Shown here: piece after piece, positions 6,803 to 17,019 of the stretch
How the letters are laid out: every line of letters starts with the position of its first letter
Position numbering within the stretch: position 1 is the stretch's first letter
Origin: Candidatus Bathyarchaeia archaeon
GTDB taxonomy: Archaea; Thermoproteota; Bathyarchaeia; Bathyarchaeales; Bathycorpusculaceae
Length of the DNA stretch: 25,454 bases
Assembly: GCA_038882955.1 (NCBI GenBank)
Contig: JAVZNC010000009.1
Span: 1-25,454, forward strand
Direction: 5' to 3'
Notes under the pieces: generated by a model
The model's input: the letters and a program-made list of their open reading frames with translations, nothing else
Database searches by the model: none
Told to the model about the DNA's origin: nothing
Made by a program: the position numbers and the translations under genes

Positions 6803-7717
6803 TCAGTTTTCTGAAAGTTGGCTGATGGCTTCCTTTATGACGGCGGCGGATTTTTCTAAGCGTTTTTTGGTGTCTGGTAGCAATTCAAGTTCCAGAATTT
6901 TTTCGACGCCGTTTTTTCCGAGGATTACTGGAACGCCCATGGCGATGTTTGAGAAGCCATACTCTCCTTGAAGGTCTGTGGAGACGCCCATGACTCTGTT
7001 TCTGCCCCTTAATATGGCATCTGCCATTATGGCTATAGCGGCGGCTGGAGCATGGACCGTTGAGCCTTTAAGTTTGATGACTTCCGCTCCTGACGTTACT
7101 GTTAGATTAATGATTCTTTCGATTTGCTCTTTTGTGAGGAGGCGGGTTATTGGTATTCCGGCGACTGAGGCGTATTCGGCTAACGGAACCATTGTGTCGC
7201 CGTGTTCGCCTATCACTAGAGCGCGAATGTCTTCTCTTGAAACGTTTAGCTCTAAAGCTATGTAGGACCTAAAACGCAGCGTGTCTAATATGTTACCCAT
7301 TCCAAAGACACGGTTCCTTTCAAAACCTGACTCTTTGTAGGCAACATAAGTCATGACATCAACAGGATTTGTCACCATCATGAGCTTGCATTTAGGCGCG
7401 TATTTCACAACTTCGCGGACTATAAGTTTGACTATGCCAGTGTTCTTTCTCATCAAGTCCAGTCTGCTCATTCCCGGTTTTCTAGCCTCGCCAGCTGTTA
7501 TAACCACAAGTTCCGAATCCCTCATTTGGCTATAGTCGCTTGTCCCAATTATTTTTCCATCAAATTCTAGTGCTGGGGCTGTTTGCATCATGTCTAGGGC
7601 TTCGCCCTTCGCCAAGTTTCCAGCCACGTCTATCAGAACAACATCGCTTATCCTATACCTTAAAATGTTAAAGGCTGCGGCGCTTCCAACATTTCCAGCG
7701 CCAATTATTGTTATCAT
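6803..7717 (-). CDS. mdh: Malate dehydrogenase (LDH-like)
   Basis: GAGNVG Rossmann motif; ARKPGMSRLDL (Arg, malate-type); NPVD; GEHGD. Confidence 0.92.
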   Translation of the reverse strand: MITIIGAGNVGSAAAFNILRYRISDVVLIDVAGNLAKGEALDMMQTAPALEFDGKIIGTSDYSQMRDSELVVITAGEARKPGMSRLDLMRKNTGIVKLIVREVVKYAPKCKLMMVTNPVDVMTYVAYKESGFERNRVFGMGNILDTLRFRSYIALELNVSREDIRALVIGEHGDTMVPLAEYASVAGIPITRLLTKEQIERIINLTVTSGAEVIKLKGSTVHAPAAAIAIMADAILRGRNRVMGVSTDLQGEYGFSNIAMGVPVILGKNGVEKILELELLPDTKKRLEKSAAVIKEAISQLSEN

Positions 7718-7767
7718 ACCTTAAAAGTGGATTTTCAAAGAGATATAGTTAACGCGTGCCAAGCGAT

Positions 7768-9126
7768 TTAAAACTGGTATTCTTTGCCCTTTTCAGGAAT
7801 TATAACTTGACTTTTTGAGTTTTGCATGAATTTAGTGAAGAGCTCCGCATTTTCGGTGTGTACCGGGAAAATTGTTTTTGCGCCGATTTCTTCAAGGATA
7901 GCCTTTAACTGTAGTGGCATTATGTGACCTGAAACGTGGACGTGGTATTGGGGCAACCCATAATGCCTAAGCCAGTTCACGAGTTTTTCATAGTCTATTT
8001 CCATTTCCTCATTGAAGGGCTCTGATGATGAGGATACGTAGCAGCTTCCAGGTTTTGGCTGAATTTCAACAAGTTGTTCTAAATCGTAAAAGGATATTGT
8101 TAGGATTATTTCGCGCTGTTGCTTTGAAACTTGTTCGCTATCCACAACCTTGCTGTGGTAACGTTCCAGAAGTTGTTTTTCCCAACCGCGCAGTCTTTCT
8201 TTGCCTTCTGTAGGCTTTTTCGATTTTCGAAAAATTAAAATGTTCTCGTCTTCTAGGCGTGGAATGTTTAGCCTCTCGTCGCTGCGGAGAGCATCCATCA
8301 AATAGGCTTGCTTCGGTGAAACCGCAAAGCAGCGCCCATTTTCCTTGGCTACACGACAGAAGGAGTTCAACCTATCAACATCTGTGGAGGCAAATTCTGC
8401 AAGCACGATGCCGCTTGTCTGCTCCACAATCTGGTTTAGTTTTCTTTCAACGTCGTCTTCTGAAGAAACGGTTGCCCCAGTCATGTTAGTGGCTTCGGTG
8501 ATAACCGCGACTGGTTCCGCCTCCTTCGCCTTTTCAACAAAATCTCGGGTCATTTCGGGCTTCGTTCCATGAACACGAAAATCTCCAGTATACACGACAG
8601 TGCCGCTAGAAGTGTGGATTATGAAGCCGTATGCTCCCGGAACCGAGTGGTCTACGTGTATTGGTTCAATTTTTAAGCCGTCATCCACATTGACGGTTTT
8701 GCCCGTTCTGAAATCCTTAAAGCCTATACCTTCCACGTTAAACTCTAAATCTGTTTTGCGGATTTCCCCGAAGGCTTGTAGAATAATCCTTGTTGTTTCG
8801 CCACAGTAAACCGGGATTTCTCTCTTGATGAAGGATAGATAGGCTGAATGGTCCATGTGTCCATGAGAAATGAATATTGCGTCCACTTCTGGCGGCTTAT
8901 CGTCAAACTTGTAGACGCCGTCGATTTTTGGGAGTACGCCGAGCTCTTGCAGACTTTTTTCGCTTTTCGGCGAAAGCAAAGGTGGAGAATAATACTGCCT
9001 TCTCAAGGCGAAGGACATGCCGAAATCAAAGAAGACTTTCACATCGCCATCTTTCAACAGAATCTTGTTTCCGCCTATTTCGTTGACTCCGCCATAAAAG
9101 GTTAAGGCGGTTCTTCCTTTAACCAT
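7768..9126 (-). CDS. MBL-fold beta-CASP ribonuclease, RNase J-like
   Basis: GGVNEIGGN, SHGHMDH, DHS, TGDFR, HVSGH and PVHTE motifs. Confidence 0.85.
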   Translation of the reverse strand: MVKGRTALTFYGGVNEIGGNKILLKDGDVKVFFDFGMSFALRRQYYSPPLLSPKSEKSLQELGVLPKIDGVYKFDDKPPEVDAIFISHGHMDHSAYLSFIKREIPVYCGETTRIILQAFGEIRKTDLEFNVEGIGFKDFRTGKTVNVDDGLKIEPIHVDHSVPGAYGFIIHTSSGTVVYTGDFRVHGTKPEMTRDFVEKAKEAEPVAVITEATNMTGATVSSEDDVERKLNQIVEQTSGIVLAEFASTDVDRLNSFCRVAKENGRCFAVSPKQAYLMDALRSDERLNIPRLEDENILIFRKSKKPTEGKERLRGWEKQLLERYHSKVVDSEQVSKQQREIILTISFYDLEQLVEIQPKPGSCYVSSSSEPFNEEMEIDYEKLVNWLRHYGLPQYHVHVSGHIMPLQLKAILEEIGAKTIFPVHTENAELFTKFMQNSKSQVIIPEKGKEYQF

Positions 9127-10837
9127 CCATTAACCCCAGCTCTTCCGCTCTCTTACAAACATTTGATATTGCAAAAATTATGTGAGGAAACACGAAAACG
9201 CTGAAAACCTTTGTGTATTTTGGTTTTCCAGCCTCTTTCACCGTTTTTATGTCTCCGCCAGCACTTAAATAGCCTTTAATAAAGGCTTTGGCCATAAGCT
9301 CTGCTGGATAAGTGCCTACAAGTGGTGGCATGTAATGTCCAACATAGTAAAGAAATTCGGCTATATCCCATGCTTTGTCGCCGCCTTTTGAAGCTTGCTC
9401 AAAATCCAAAAGGTAAATTTCACCGTTTTTCCCAACTAAGATGTTTTCCGGCTTAGTGTCTCCTAAAGTCACATTTAAAGCGTGGATGCGAGCGAATGTC
9501 TCGCCAACCGTCCGCAAAACTTTCAAATATTTCTCTCCAACTTTTCTTTCATTTTTTGCGTTTACAATTTTCCTAATAATTTTTTCTAGACTCTCCTCTT
9601 CAACGTATTCCATAAAAACAAGCCTTTCGTTATGGTTTATGGCTAAAAGCTTTGGAACAAGAAAGCCTTTTCTGTATAAAAACTGGTTGGTGGCGCATTC
9701 CCTTTCAAGTCTTGTTTGCCCAAGAAGGGCGAAGGTTCTTGTTCCAAAAGCCCATATGTTTATTGGAAGCCATTTGAAACTTGACCAGTCTTTAAAGGTT
9801 TTGACTACAACCTTGCGCTCTTGTCCGTCTGCATGCACCCTAACCAGATAGACTTCATTAAGCACGCCACCGAGCTCCTCGATGGTGACTCTTGTATCTT
9901 TGCTTGCTGAATGAATGTTCTTTGCGAACTCTTCAATGTTTGTCTCGGTGACTAGAGGAGTTAACCCGTTGGCGGTTGGAATAAACAAGTATCTATTTGA
10001 GTCTTCAATATGATATGAACTTTTCAAAGTTTCCCAGTTAAAGTTTCTTAATTTTTGAAGCAAGTCCTTATTCTGCAGCAGAGCCATAAAGATTTTGGGA
10101 AAAGTTCCTAAAAGGGATAGGAACAGGGTTTTCTGCGCAGTTTTCAAGAGATTTGCGAAGCGAAATTTTCGGCTTTTTATAGAGTCGGCAAAATCCTTCG
10201 AGATTTTTACATACCCGTTCACACGTGTAACCATGTTTTCTTTTTCCACAATTTCTAATGCTTGAAGAAATCCTTCCATTACGGTTTGCAAATTTTCCTT
10301 TTCAACGTCTCCTCGTAGAAAGTTTGCCAGCGTATAACGGATTGATGGGAAAAGTCTCGCTCTGTTGCGTATGGCCTCGTACATAAAGTATTCTGGTTTT
10401 ATGTGAATTTCATAGCATAGTTCTGGAAAGTCTAAGACAAGGTTTTCCAAAGCTTCCAGTATTAGGCGCCTTTTTAGTTTAAGTTCCTCATCTTTCAAAT
10501 ATTCGGCGTTCACTAACGGCGTATATGGGAAAATGAGCTGGATGGCTAGGACTTCGCCGAGGAAGCCTCGCTTCACATCCTCTTCAAAAACCCACTTGTC
10601 GATAGCGTAGACGATGACCGCTGTGTCGTGAAAGAATTTCACGTAGTTCATTAGCTTAGGCTGAAAACCATCAATTATGAGCAAAACTTCTAACAGTGCC
10701 TTTTCTTCAAGATTTTGAAGCACTGAGTTGCCGCATAGGCATATGCTTGTTATAGGACGAGAGCTGGCGACACGTCTGGAGAAGGCTATAATATATTTTA
10801 CAAAGTTTTCATCTGGTTGTTTGCTGTTTTGGGTCAA
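9119..10837 (-). CDS. Degenerate nucleotidyltransferase-like N-terminal domain fused to a Bud32/Kdo/RIO-like kinase domain
   Basis: Kinase motifs VVVK, FMEYVE, LGDTKPEN, LLDFE, DIAEF; N-term ICLCGNS...LLEVLLII resembles an eroded GS..DxD motif. Confidence 0.75.
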   Translation of the reverse strand: MTQNSKQPDENFVKYIIAFSRRVASSRPITSICLCGNSVLQNLEEKALLEVLLIIDGFQPKLMNYVKFFHDTAVIVYAIDKWVFEEDVKRGFLGEVLAIQLIFPYTPLVNAEYLKDEELKLKRRLILEALENLVLDFPELCYEIHIKPEYFMYEAIRNRARLFPSIRYTLANFLRGDVEKENLQTVMEGFLQALEIVEKENMVTRVNGYVKISKDFADSIKSRKFRFANLLKTAQKTLFLSLLGTFPKIFMALLQNKDLLQKLRNFNWETLKSSYHIEDSNRYLFIPTANGLTPLVTETNIEEFAKNIHSASKDTRVTIEELGGVLNEVYLVRVHADGQERKVVVKTFKDWSSFKWLPINIWAFGTRTFALLGQTRLERECATNQFLYRKGFLVPKLLAINHNERLVFMEYVEEESLEKIIRKIVNAKNERKVGEKYLKVLRTVGETFARIHALNVTLGDTKPENILVGKNGEIYLLDFEQASKGGDKAWDIAEFLYYVGHYMPPLVGTYPAELMAKAFIKGYLSAGGDIKTVKEAGKPKYTKVFSVFVFPHIIFAISNVCKRAEELGLMDG

Positions 10838-10932
10838 TTTTTCACCGTTAGTTCCGTCAGAATTAGAATTGTGATTGTGTGAAATATAGTTTAGGCTAAT
10901 TTAAACGTCAATTTTAGCAGCTCTCGTCTAGG

Positions 10933-12339
10933 CTAAAATTGATAGTCCCCTCTATTTTTCTGCGTTTTGCCCATTTTCTCAAGGATTTTGCCATAGGTTC
11001 TTAGGATTTTTAGGGTTTTGACTCCCTTTTCTGGGAGGTTGTAGACTGGTATGTTGCTTTCGCCAATAACCCTATAAACAAGTTCGAAGTCTTCGCCTCC
11101 AGCTGCCACGTCCACAGCTGGCTTTTTAGGATACTTTGCTGTGACTTGCGGAATGACTTTCGCGTCTTCAGGCTCAAAGAAGCATGACTTAAGCATGTTT
11201 ATGACTAGAACTCCATCAACATTTTTGTCTGCTAAGACAAGGTCTAGTATTTCCTTGTATCTCTCTGCTCTTGCATCAGCTATCATGTCAATGGGGTTGG
11301 CTGCATCCATTCCTGGATAAAGACTTTCAATCTTCCTTTTCGTATCATCTGACAGCCTTGCAAGTTTTAGACTGTTTCTTGCAACGGCATCAGCTGCCAA
11401 TATGGCTGGTCCGCCTACATTGCTTACTATGGCTATGTTGTCGCCGAACATGGGAGGCTGCTTTGAAAGAGCTATAGCCGCATTCATAAGCTCCTCCGGG
11501 TCTTCAACCCTTATTATTCCAGCTTTTTTGAAGGCGGCATCGAAAATTTCATCTGAACCAGCCATTGAGGCGGTGTGAGATTTGGCTCTATGGGCGGATT
11601 CTTGGGTTATTCCGCCTTTTAGGGCTACAATTGGCTTTTTAACAATTATTTTTCTCGCTTCTTCTATGAATTTTCTGCCGTTTTTAATGCCTTCCATGTA
11701 TAGGCATATAACCTTTGTTTCTTTGTCTCTGGCGAGGTAACGCAACAAGTCAATGTCATCTACGTCTATTTTGTCTCCCATGAAGGCGAACTTGCTTATG
11801 CCAATTTTATAGTAGCAAGCCCAGTCGAGGAGGCATGCGCCAACCCCGCCGCTTTGGGAAATTACCGCTATGCTTCCCTTTTTAGGCATAACGTCCTCCT
11901 CAAATGTTGTGTTCAGCCCATTAGTGGTGTTTATAACGCCCAAAACAGTGTTTGGTCCCAAAATTCTAACGCCATACTTCTCTTTAAGCCTAACTAGTTC
12001 TCGACGCTGTTCGTCTTTGTACCCGCCAGTAATCATGATGAAGGCTTTAACGCCTATCCTTGCGCATTTTTTCGCCTCAACTATGGATATTTCAGGCGGA
12101 AGCATGATGACTGCAAGTTCTGGAACCTTTGGCAACAACTCTATGCTTTGTTCCTCTTTTCCGTCAACGTCCCTTACGCAAATTTCTCCTTTGAAGAACT
12201 CCTTCATGTTATGTATTACGCTTCTGAAAAGTTGTGGAGAGCTCAAACCCACTTTTTCACGCATTTTGCTTGAACCTATTAGGATAACGCTTGATGGCTC
12301 GAAGATAGCGTCCACTCTACTCATAAATTTAGCCTTCAA
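10933..12339 (-). CDS. acdA: Acetate/acyl-CoA ligase (ADP-forming) alpha subunit
   Basis: ILGPNT, SQSGG, YMEG, SHTASMAG (phospho-His) and NPIDM; no ATP-grasp domain. Confidence 0.85.
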   Translation of the reverse strand: MKAKFMSRVDAIFEPSSVILIGSSKMREKVGLSSPQLFRSVIHNMKEFFKGEICVRDVDGKEEQSIELLPKVPELAVIMLPPEISIVEAKKCARIGVKAFIMITGGYKDEQRRELVRLKEKYGVRILGPNTVLGVINTTNGLNTTFEEDVMPKKGSIAVISQSGGVGACLLDWACYYKIGISKFAFMGDKIDVDDIDLLRYLARDKETKVICLYMEGIKNGRKFIEEARKIIVKKPIVALKGGITQESAHRAKSHTASMAGSDEIFDAAFKKAGIIRVEDPEELMNAAIALSKQPPMFGDNIAIVSNVGGPAILAADAVARNSLKLARLSDDTKRKIESLYPGMDAANPIDMIADARAERYKEILDLVLADKNVDGVLVINMLKSCFFEPEDAKVIPQVTAKYPKKPAVDVAAGGEDFELVYRVIGESNIPVYNLPEKGVKTLKILRTYGKILEKMGKTQKNRGDYQF

Positions 12340-12397
12340 AGCAGCTTAATGATGGAAGGAGAAAATATGCAGTTCACATTCATAAATTTAACCATAG

Positions 12398-13171
12398 CTA
12401 CTTTTGAGTAACCTTCATATATGCAAGCATGGCAAACGATGCAAAAACCAGCGCATATAAGGCTATGTCGATAAGCATGTAAGGCGCAAATGGGGGTTCT
12501 TTCAGCAGAAACGCTCTTGAAAGGTCTGCACCGCAACTTAATGGATTGTAACGCGCCAAAAGTACCAATTGAGGAAGGGCTCGTTCTATAAGCCCCATGG
12601 GATAGAATACGGTGCTGCAGAAGAAAAGCAAATAATAAACCACGCCTCTGGCTGTTATGTACTTTTCAAAGCTTGTTGTTGAAACAGCCAAAGCTATGCT
12701 TAAACCAGAAGTTCCCAAAGAAACCAAAAACAAAGCCACCAAAATTGTGAAAAAATCAAGCGGTGCGGGGAAAACCCCCGTGTAAAGGTAGGTTATGCCA
12801 AGCGTTGTGGCCAGAAGAGGCGCCATATAGATTACTCCTCTCAAACCTCCGGCTAAAACCCTTCCAACAGCCAGTTCCCATCGTTTTATCGGCAAGCTCA
12901 GCATGTAATGGGAAATTTCACGTCTAACCTCCATGTTTATCTCCCTTCCAATCATGAAGGCTGCGGCAAAAAGTGCTGTTATTGTCAAGCCTGGAGCGAA
13001 GAAAACAAAGTAGTCTGTTATAACGTTTGGATTAACCATCCTTGTGTAGACTATTGCCATTATGAAGAGGTCGGCAAGGTTCATGCTAACCATCCCGGCA
13101 ACCCACCACTTGTAACGGAAGAAATACTTGAAGTCCCTCTCCACAATGGTCAATATGGGTTTTACTGCCAC
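12398..13171 (-). CDS. ABC-2 type exporter permease
   Basis: About six TM segments, LSLPIKRWELAVGR, FYP and NPLS motifs. Confidence 0.88.
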   Translation of the reverse strand: MAVKPILTIVERDFKYFFRYKWWVAGMVSMNLADLFIMAIVYTRMVNPNVITDYFVFFAPGLTITALFAAAFMIGREINMEVRREISHYMLSLPIKRWELAVGRVLAGGLRGVIYMAPLLATTLGITYLYTGVFPAPLDFFTILVALFLVSLGTSGLSIALAVSTTSFEKYITARGVVYYLLFFCSTVFYPMGLIERALPQLVLLARYNPLSCGADLSRAFLLKEPPFAPYMLIDIALYALVFASFAMLAYMKVTQK

Positions 13172-13947
13172 CCTCCCCCCTCCAATCTGCGCTCATGCAA
13201 AATGATGCCTAGGAAGGTGAATATTGAAAAGAAGGCAACTATTCCGAAAGCTGCCAATAAAGGCGAGACAGAGGCTGCTGATTCCAACCCAGCTCCCCAT
13301 CTGAAAAAGTCGGCGGCAAATGTTAGCGGGTTAACTAGGGCAATTCCCTTATAGTATGGTGGCATGTAAGCTATTGGATAAAGCGTCGTGCTCAATCTAA
13401 TAATTAAGGCGTCAATAACACCCATCAAAATGTCAAATCGGTCAGAGGATTTTATGCTGACAGCCAATGTGATGCTGAAGCCAGCCACGCCAAAAGCGAA
13501 AAGAAAAAGGGATAATAAAGCCACAAGAAGCTGTAGGGGATTCGAAACTCCGATCAGGTAGAGAATAAAAATCATCATAGGTCCAACATATAGGAAGCTT
13601 CTTAAACCGCCTCCAACAGACCTGCCCAAAACAAGATCTTTTCTTGAAACAGGGACGCTCAGTAAATATTCTATGACGCCGTGGTCTGCTTCTTCGTAAA
13701 TGTCGTAGCCGATGAAAACTGTTGTTGAATATAGCATTGTTATTATTATTCCCGCTGCGTAATAGTTGAAGTAGCTTCCTCCGACAGCGGCTTGAACATC
13801 AATTCGGAACATGTGGTTTACAACTAATCCGAAAAGGGCTATTTGTGAAACAAACCATATGGCGCGCATAATTAGCAGAAACTTGTAACGCAAAAACATT
13901 TTAATGTCTCTTTCAGCAACAATCCAGACCTTTCGAAGGCTTATCAT
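13162..13947 (-). CDS. ABC-2 type exporter permease
   Basis: TM pattern, LSVPVSRKDLVLGR, LYP, NPLTF; overlaps both neighbours. Confidence 0.88.
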   Translation of the reverse strand: MISLRKVWIVAERDIKMFLRYKFLLIMRAIWFVSQIALFGLVVNHMFRIDVQAAVGGSYFNYYAAGIIITMLYSTTVFIGYDIYEEADHGVIEYLLSVPVSRKDLVLGRSVGGGLRSFLYVGPMMIFILYLIGVSNPLQLLVALLSLFLFAFGVAGFSITLAVSIKSSDRFDILMGVIDALIIRLSTTLYPIAYMPPYYKGIALVNPLTFAADFFRWGAGLESAASVSPLLAAFGIVAFFSIFTFLGIILHERRLEGGGWQ

Positions 13948-14900
13948 TCCTTCTGAGCCTCTTCAATAGTTAAGCCAGTATAATGCGCAAAAACATCATC
14001 CAACGAAGGCTCACTCATACGTATAGACTTGACTTGAACCTGCATCTTCATAAAGAATTCGGTGATTTTCGGCAAGACTTCTTCAGCCTGGTTCAAATAA
14101 ATTTTCAAGTGGTTCTGCTTTATCGCCAAAACATTTACAACCCTTGGAATCCCCTTAAGTTTTTCAAGAACATTGATCGAGGCGTCCTTTTCAAGGGTTA
14201 TTTCCACAACATCTCCGCCTGGTATGCTGTCCTTCAACTTTTTGGGTTCGTCACAAACTAGCAGTTTGCCCTTATGCATTATTGCCACTCTGTCTGAAAG
14301 CACGTCAGCCTCGTAAAGCTCATTCGTCGCCAAAAGAATAGTGGAACCCTCGTTTCTAAGGTCTCTTAGCATGTTCCATATCCTATGCTTGCCCACAACA
14401 TCTATTTGGGCTGTTGGCTCATCAACAATAGCAATTTTAGGTCTCTGAATTAAGATTTTAGCTATCTCCACCCGTTTCCGCATACCACCGGAAAAGGCGT
14501 GCACGCTTTTGAAACGGTCATTCCAAAGCTCAAGCTCCTCAAGAGCCCACCGCACCCTCTTCCTACGTTCGTCTGGGGGTAAACCGCAAACTTTGGCGTG
14601 CCAGTTAAGTATATCCCACGGCGAGTCAACCCACAAAAGCTTAGGCTCTTGAAAAGCCATACCGACAAGCGTCCTAGCCTTATCCGGTTCCCTATTAACA
14701 TCATAAGGCCCTATGAACGCTGTTCCTTCTGTCGGCTTAATAACGGTTGTAAGCATCAGCAATGTTGTTGTTTTTCCAGCTCCGTTAGGCCCGAGGATTC
14801 CGAGGATTTCGCCCTCTTCTACTTCAAGGTTTAGGTGGTCAACTGCTGTGAAATCGCCGAACTTCTTTGTGAGATTTGCAATGCGAATTATCGGCGCCAT
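13944..14900 (-). CDS. ABC exporter ATP-binding protein (DrrA-like)
   Basis: Walker A GPNGAGKT, signature FSGGM, Walker B IVDEPT, C-term EPSLDDVF. Confidence 0.93.
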   Translation of the reverse strand: MAPIIRIANLTKKFGDFTAVDHLNLEVEEGEILGILGPNGAGKTTTLLMLTTVIKPTEGTAFIGPYDVNREPDKARTLVGMAFQEPKLLWVDSPWDILNWHAKVCGLPPDERRKRVRWALEELELWNDRFKSVHAFSGGMRKRVEIAKILIQRPKIAIVDEPTAQIDVVGKHRIWNMLRDLRNEGSTILLATNELYEADVLSDRVAIMHKGKLLVCDEPKKLKDSIPGGDVVEITLEKDASINVLEKLKGIPRVVNVLAIKQNHLKIYLNQAEEVLPKITEFFMKMQVQVKSIRMSEPSLDDVFAHYTGLTIEEAQKE

Positions 14901-14943
14901 TCCAATTCCTTACGTGAAATAAACACAGTTGATTGGCGGTTAC

Positions 14944-16266
14944 TTAAAGATTGCGTGAAAGCAGCTCAAAAGCACGCCTTTCAGCTTTTTCAATAACGGC
15001 ATGCTCATCCAACGTTTTGACAACCCTATTTTCCATTAAAATTTTGCCGTCAACTATTACTGTGTCCACGTCGCTTCCCTTAGCCGAATACAATATGCTT
15101 GCATAAACATTGTGCAAGGGCTTCAAATGGGGTTTTAGAAGGTCAATTAAGATTATGTCCGCTCTCTTTCCTACCTCTAATGAGCCTATACTTTTTTCCA
15201 GCCCTAGCGCCTTAGCCCCATCGATGGTTGCCATCTTCAAAGCTTCATGGGCGGATAAGACTTCGGGCTTCTTATAAACAAACTTTTGGAGTAAAGCCCC
15301 AAACTTCATGGTTTCAAATATGTCAAGGGAATTGTTGCTTGCCGGCCCGTCGGTCCCAAATGCTGTGTTAACGTCTAACTCGATAAGCTCTTTAACTTTT
15401 GCTGTATTCAATCCAAGCTTCATGTTAGCCACTGGAACATAAGCGATGTTCACCTCATGTTCCGCCAAAATACGTTTGTCCCCTTCTGACAGGTTGATGC
15501 AGTGGGCCGCGAGAACGTGTCCACCAAAAAATCCAAGTCTCTCTAGAAACTCAACTTCGCTGCAGCCATACTTTATTTCGAAATCCTTGAACAGTTCCGC
15601 CGACTCGGCCAAGTGGATGTGGACGCCAACCCCAAGCTCTAAAGCTTTATCCTTAACTTCTTTAAGCAGTTCTGGACTGCAACTGTAAGCCGCATGCGGT
15701 CCAAGCATTGTTTTCACTCTTCCACCAGCATATCCATTAAAAGACTTGGCGAAGTCGACGCTTGCATTTAGCATTTTCTTGCCCTGTTCCTTATCACCAG
15801 CCTCGATTATACCCTCCGCTAAAATTGCCCTCAAGCCGCTTTCAGAAACAGCCCTGGCAACCGCATCCTCGTGGAAATACATATCTGCAAAACATGTGGT
15901 TCCACTCTTCAACATTTCCAAGCAACCTAAAAGCGACCCAACATAGACATCGTCACGTGTCAACTTCGCCTCTAAAGGCCATATTGTCTCCCGAAGCCAC
16001 ACATCCAATGGCTTGTCTTCGGCCAACCCTCTAAAAAGTGTCATAGCTACGTGAGTGTGACAATTTATCAACCCTGGCACCGCAGCTTTACCCTTGGCAT
16101 TTATCTTTTCACTCGCAGATATGCCAGATGCAGATGCGTGTTTCCCAACAAAAACTATTTCCCTATCTTTTACGGCTATGGCGCCATCTTCAATAATGTC
16201 GGCGCTGTCCCTCCACATGGGCAAAATAATGCATCCATAAATAAGAATATCAGCCTTCATAGGCAC
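14944..16266 (-). CDS. Amidohydrolase, MTA/SAH/5'-deoxyadenosine deaminase (MtaD/DadD) family
   Basis: NCHTH, FADMYF, PHAAYSC, HIHLAE, AHC and GTDGPASNN motifs. Confidence 0.85.
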   Translation of the reverse strand: MPMKADILIYGCIILPMWRDSADIIEDGAIAVKDREIVFVGKHASASGISASEKINAKGKAAVPGLINCHTHVAMTLFRGLAEDKPLDVWLRETIWPLEAKLTRDDVYVGSLLGCLEMLKSGTTCFADMYFHEDAVARAVSESGLRAILAEGIIEAGDKEQGKKMLNASVDFAKSFNGYAGGRVKTMLGPHAAYSCSPELLKEVKDKALELGVGVHIHLAESAELFKDFEIKYGCSEVEFLERLGFFGGHVLAAHCINLSEGDKRILAEHEVNIAYVPVANMKLGLNTAKVKELIELDVNTAFGTDGPASNNSLDIFETMKFGALLQKFVYKKPEVLSAHEALKMATIDGAKALGLEKSIGSLEVGKRADIILIDLLKPHLKPLHNVYASILYSAKGSDVDTVIVDGKILMENRVVKTLDEHAVIEKAERRAFELLSRNL

Positions 16267-16368
16267 CCCGGAAAACTAGAAAGGATGCGAGCAAATAAAA
16301 AGTATGCTAAAAGTTTTCTGATTTCCGGGCCCCTTTCTCCCCCTTTCAGAGCTCCGTCTAAACAGGGA

Positions 16369-16854
16369 TTAAAAGCTGAGCCTATGGCTATGTTTTTCTA
16401 CCCTCTTAATGAGGGAATGCAAAGCCGGCTGCGTCAAGTCTTCGCCTATTGCTGACCCTTTCGGGATTCCTGTAGTACCTATCTTCTTGCATATGAAATT
16501 GAGGGAGTCCTCTGTAAAGTTTAGGAGATTTTGTCCCTCAACTGTAAGCTTGTAAACTTTTCTAGGGCGTTCATTTGACATATCCCACTCGCTTTTGACA
16601 TAGCCGCTCTTTTCCAAGACATTCAAAAGTGGATAAATTGTGCTTGGACCAAAGTATACCCCGAAGTTTTTACGGATCTTGGTTATTATCTGGTAGCCGT
16701 GCATGGGCTGGGTGCTCAGGAACTGAAGCACTATCAAGTCTAGGAGGCCCTTCATGAGTTTAACCTGAACCTCTTTTGAATTGTTCACCACGGCTTTTCC
16801 CTTCCATTTTGTATTTCTGTTAAACTCGTATACGATATGTCCAGTTTTAGACAT
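16369..16854 (-). CDS. PadR-family transcriptional regulator
   Basis: PMHGYQII, GPSTIYPLL..LE, RPRKVYKLT. Confidence 0.9.
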   Translation of the reverse strand: MSKTGHIVYEFNRNTKWKGKAVVNNSKEVQVKLMKGLLDLIVLQFLSTQPMHGYQIITKIRKNFGVYFGPSTIYPLLNVLEKSGYVKSEWDMSNERPRKVYKLTVEGQNLLNFTEDSLNFICKKIGTTGIPKGSAIGEDLTQPALHSLIKRVEKHSHRLSF

Positions 16855-16869
16855 ATCTCAAGACTCTAT

Positions 16870-16962
16870 AAAGCATAAACAAAAATATAAAGGTTCACAC
16901 TTACCAAAAACATAAAAAAGCATAACAAAAGCATAACAGAGACTATTCCAAAACATGCATAA
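16870..16962. repeat. Phased short direct repeats (AAAG/AAAA)CATAA between the divergent PadR genes
   Basis: CATAA cores at 16874, 16911, 16921, 16932 and 16958; the central three are 10-11 bp apart. Confidence 0.55.
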
Positions 16963-17019
16963 GCCATATAAACTCAACACGGATAAGTCAAAAATAGAAC
17001 ACAAAAAGGCAAAAGCCAA

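Noticed and set aside
16870-16962. CRISPR array
   Set aside because: Repeats are only about 9 bp without spacers; no cas genes. No CRISPR array or rRNA was seen anywhere in the window.
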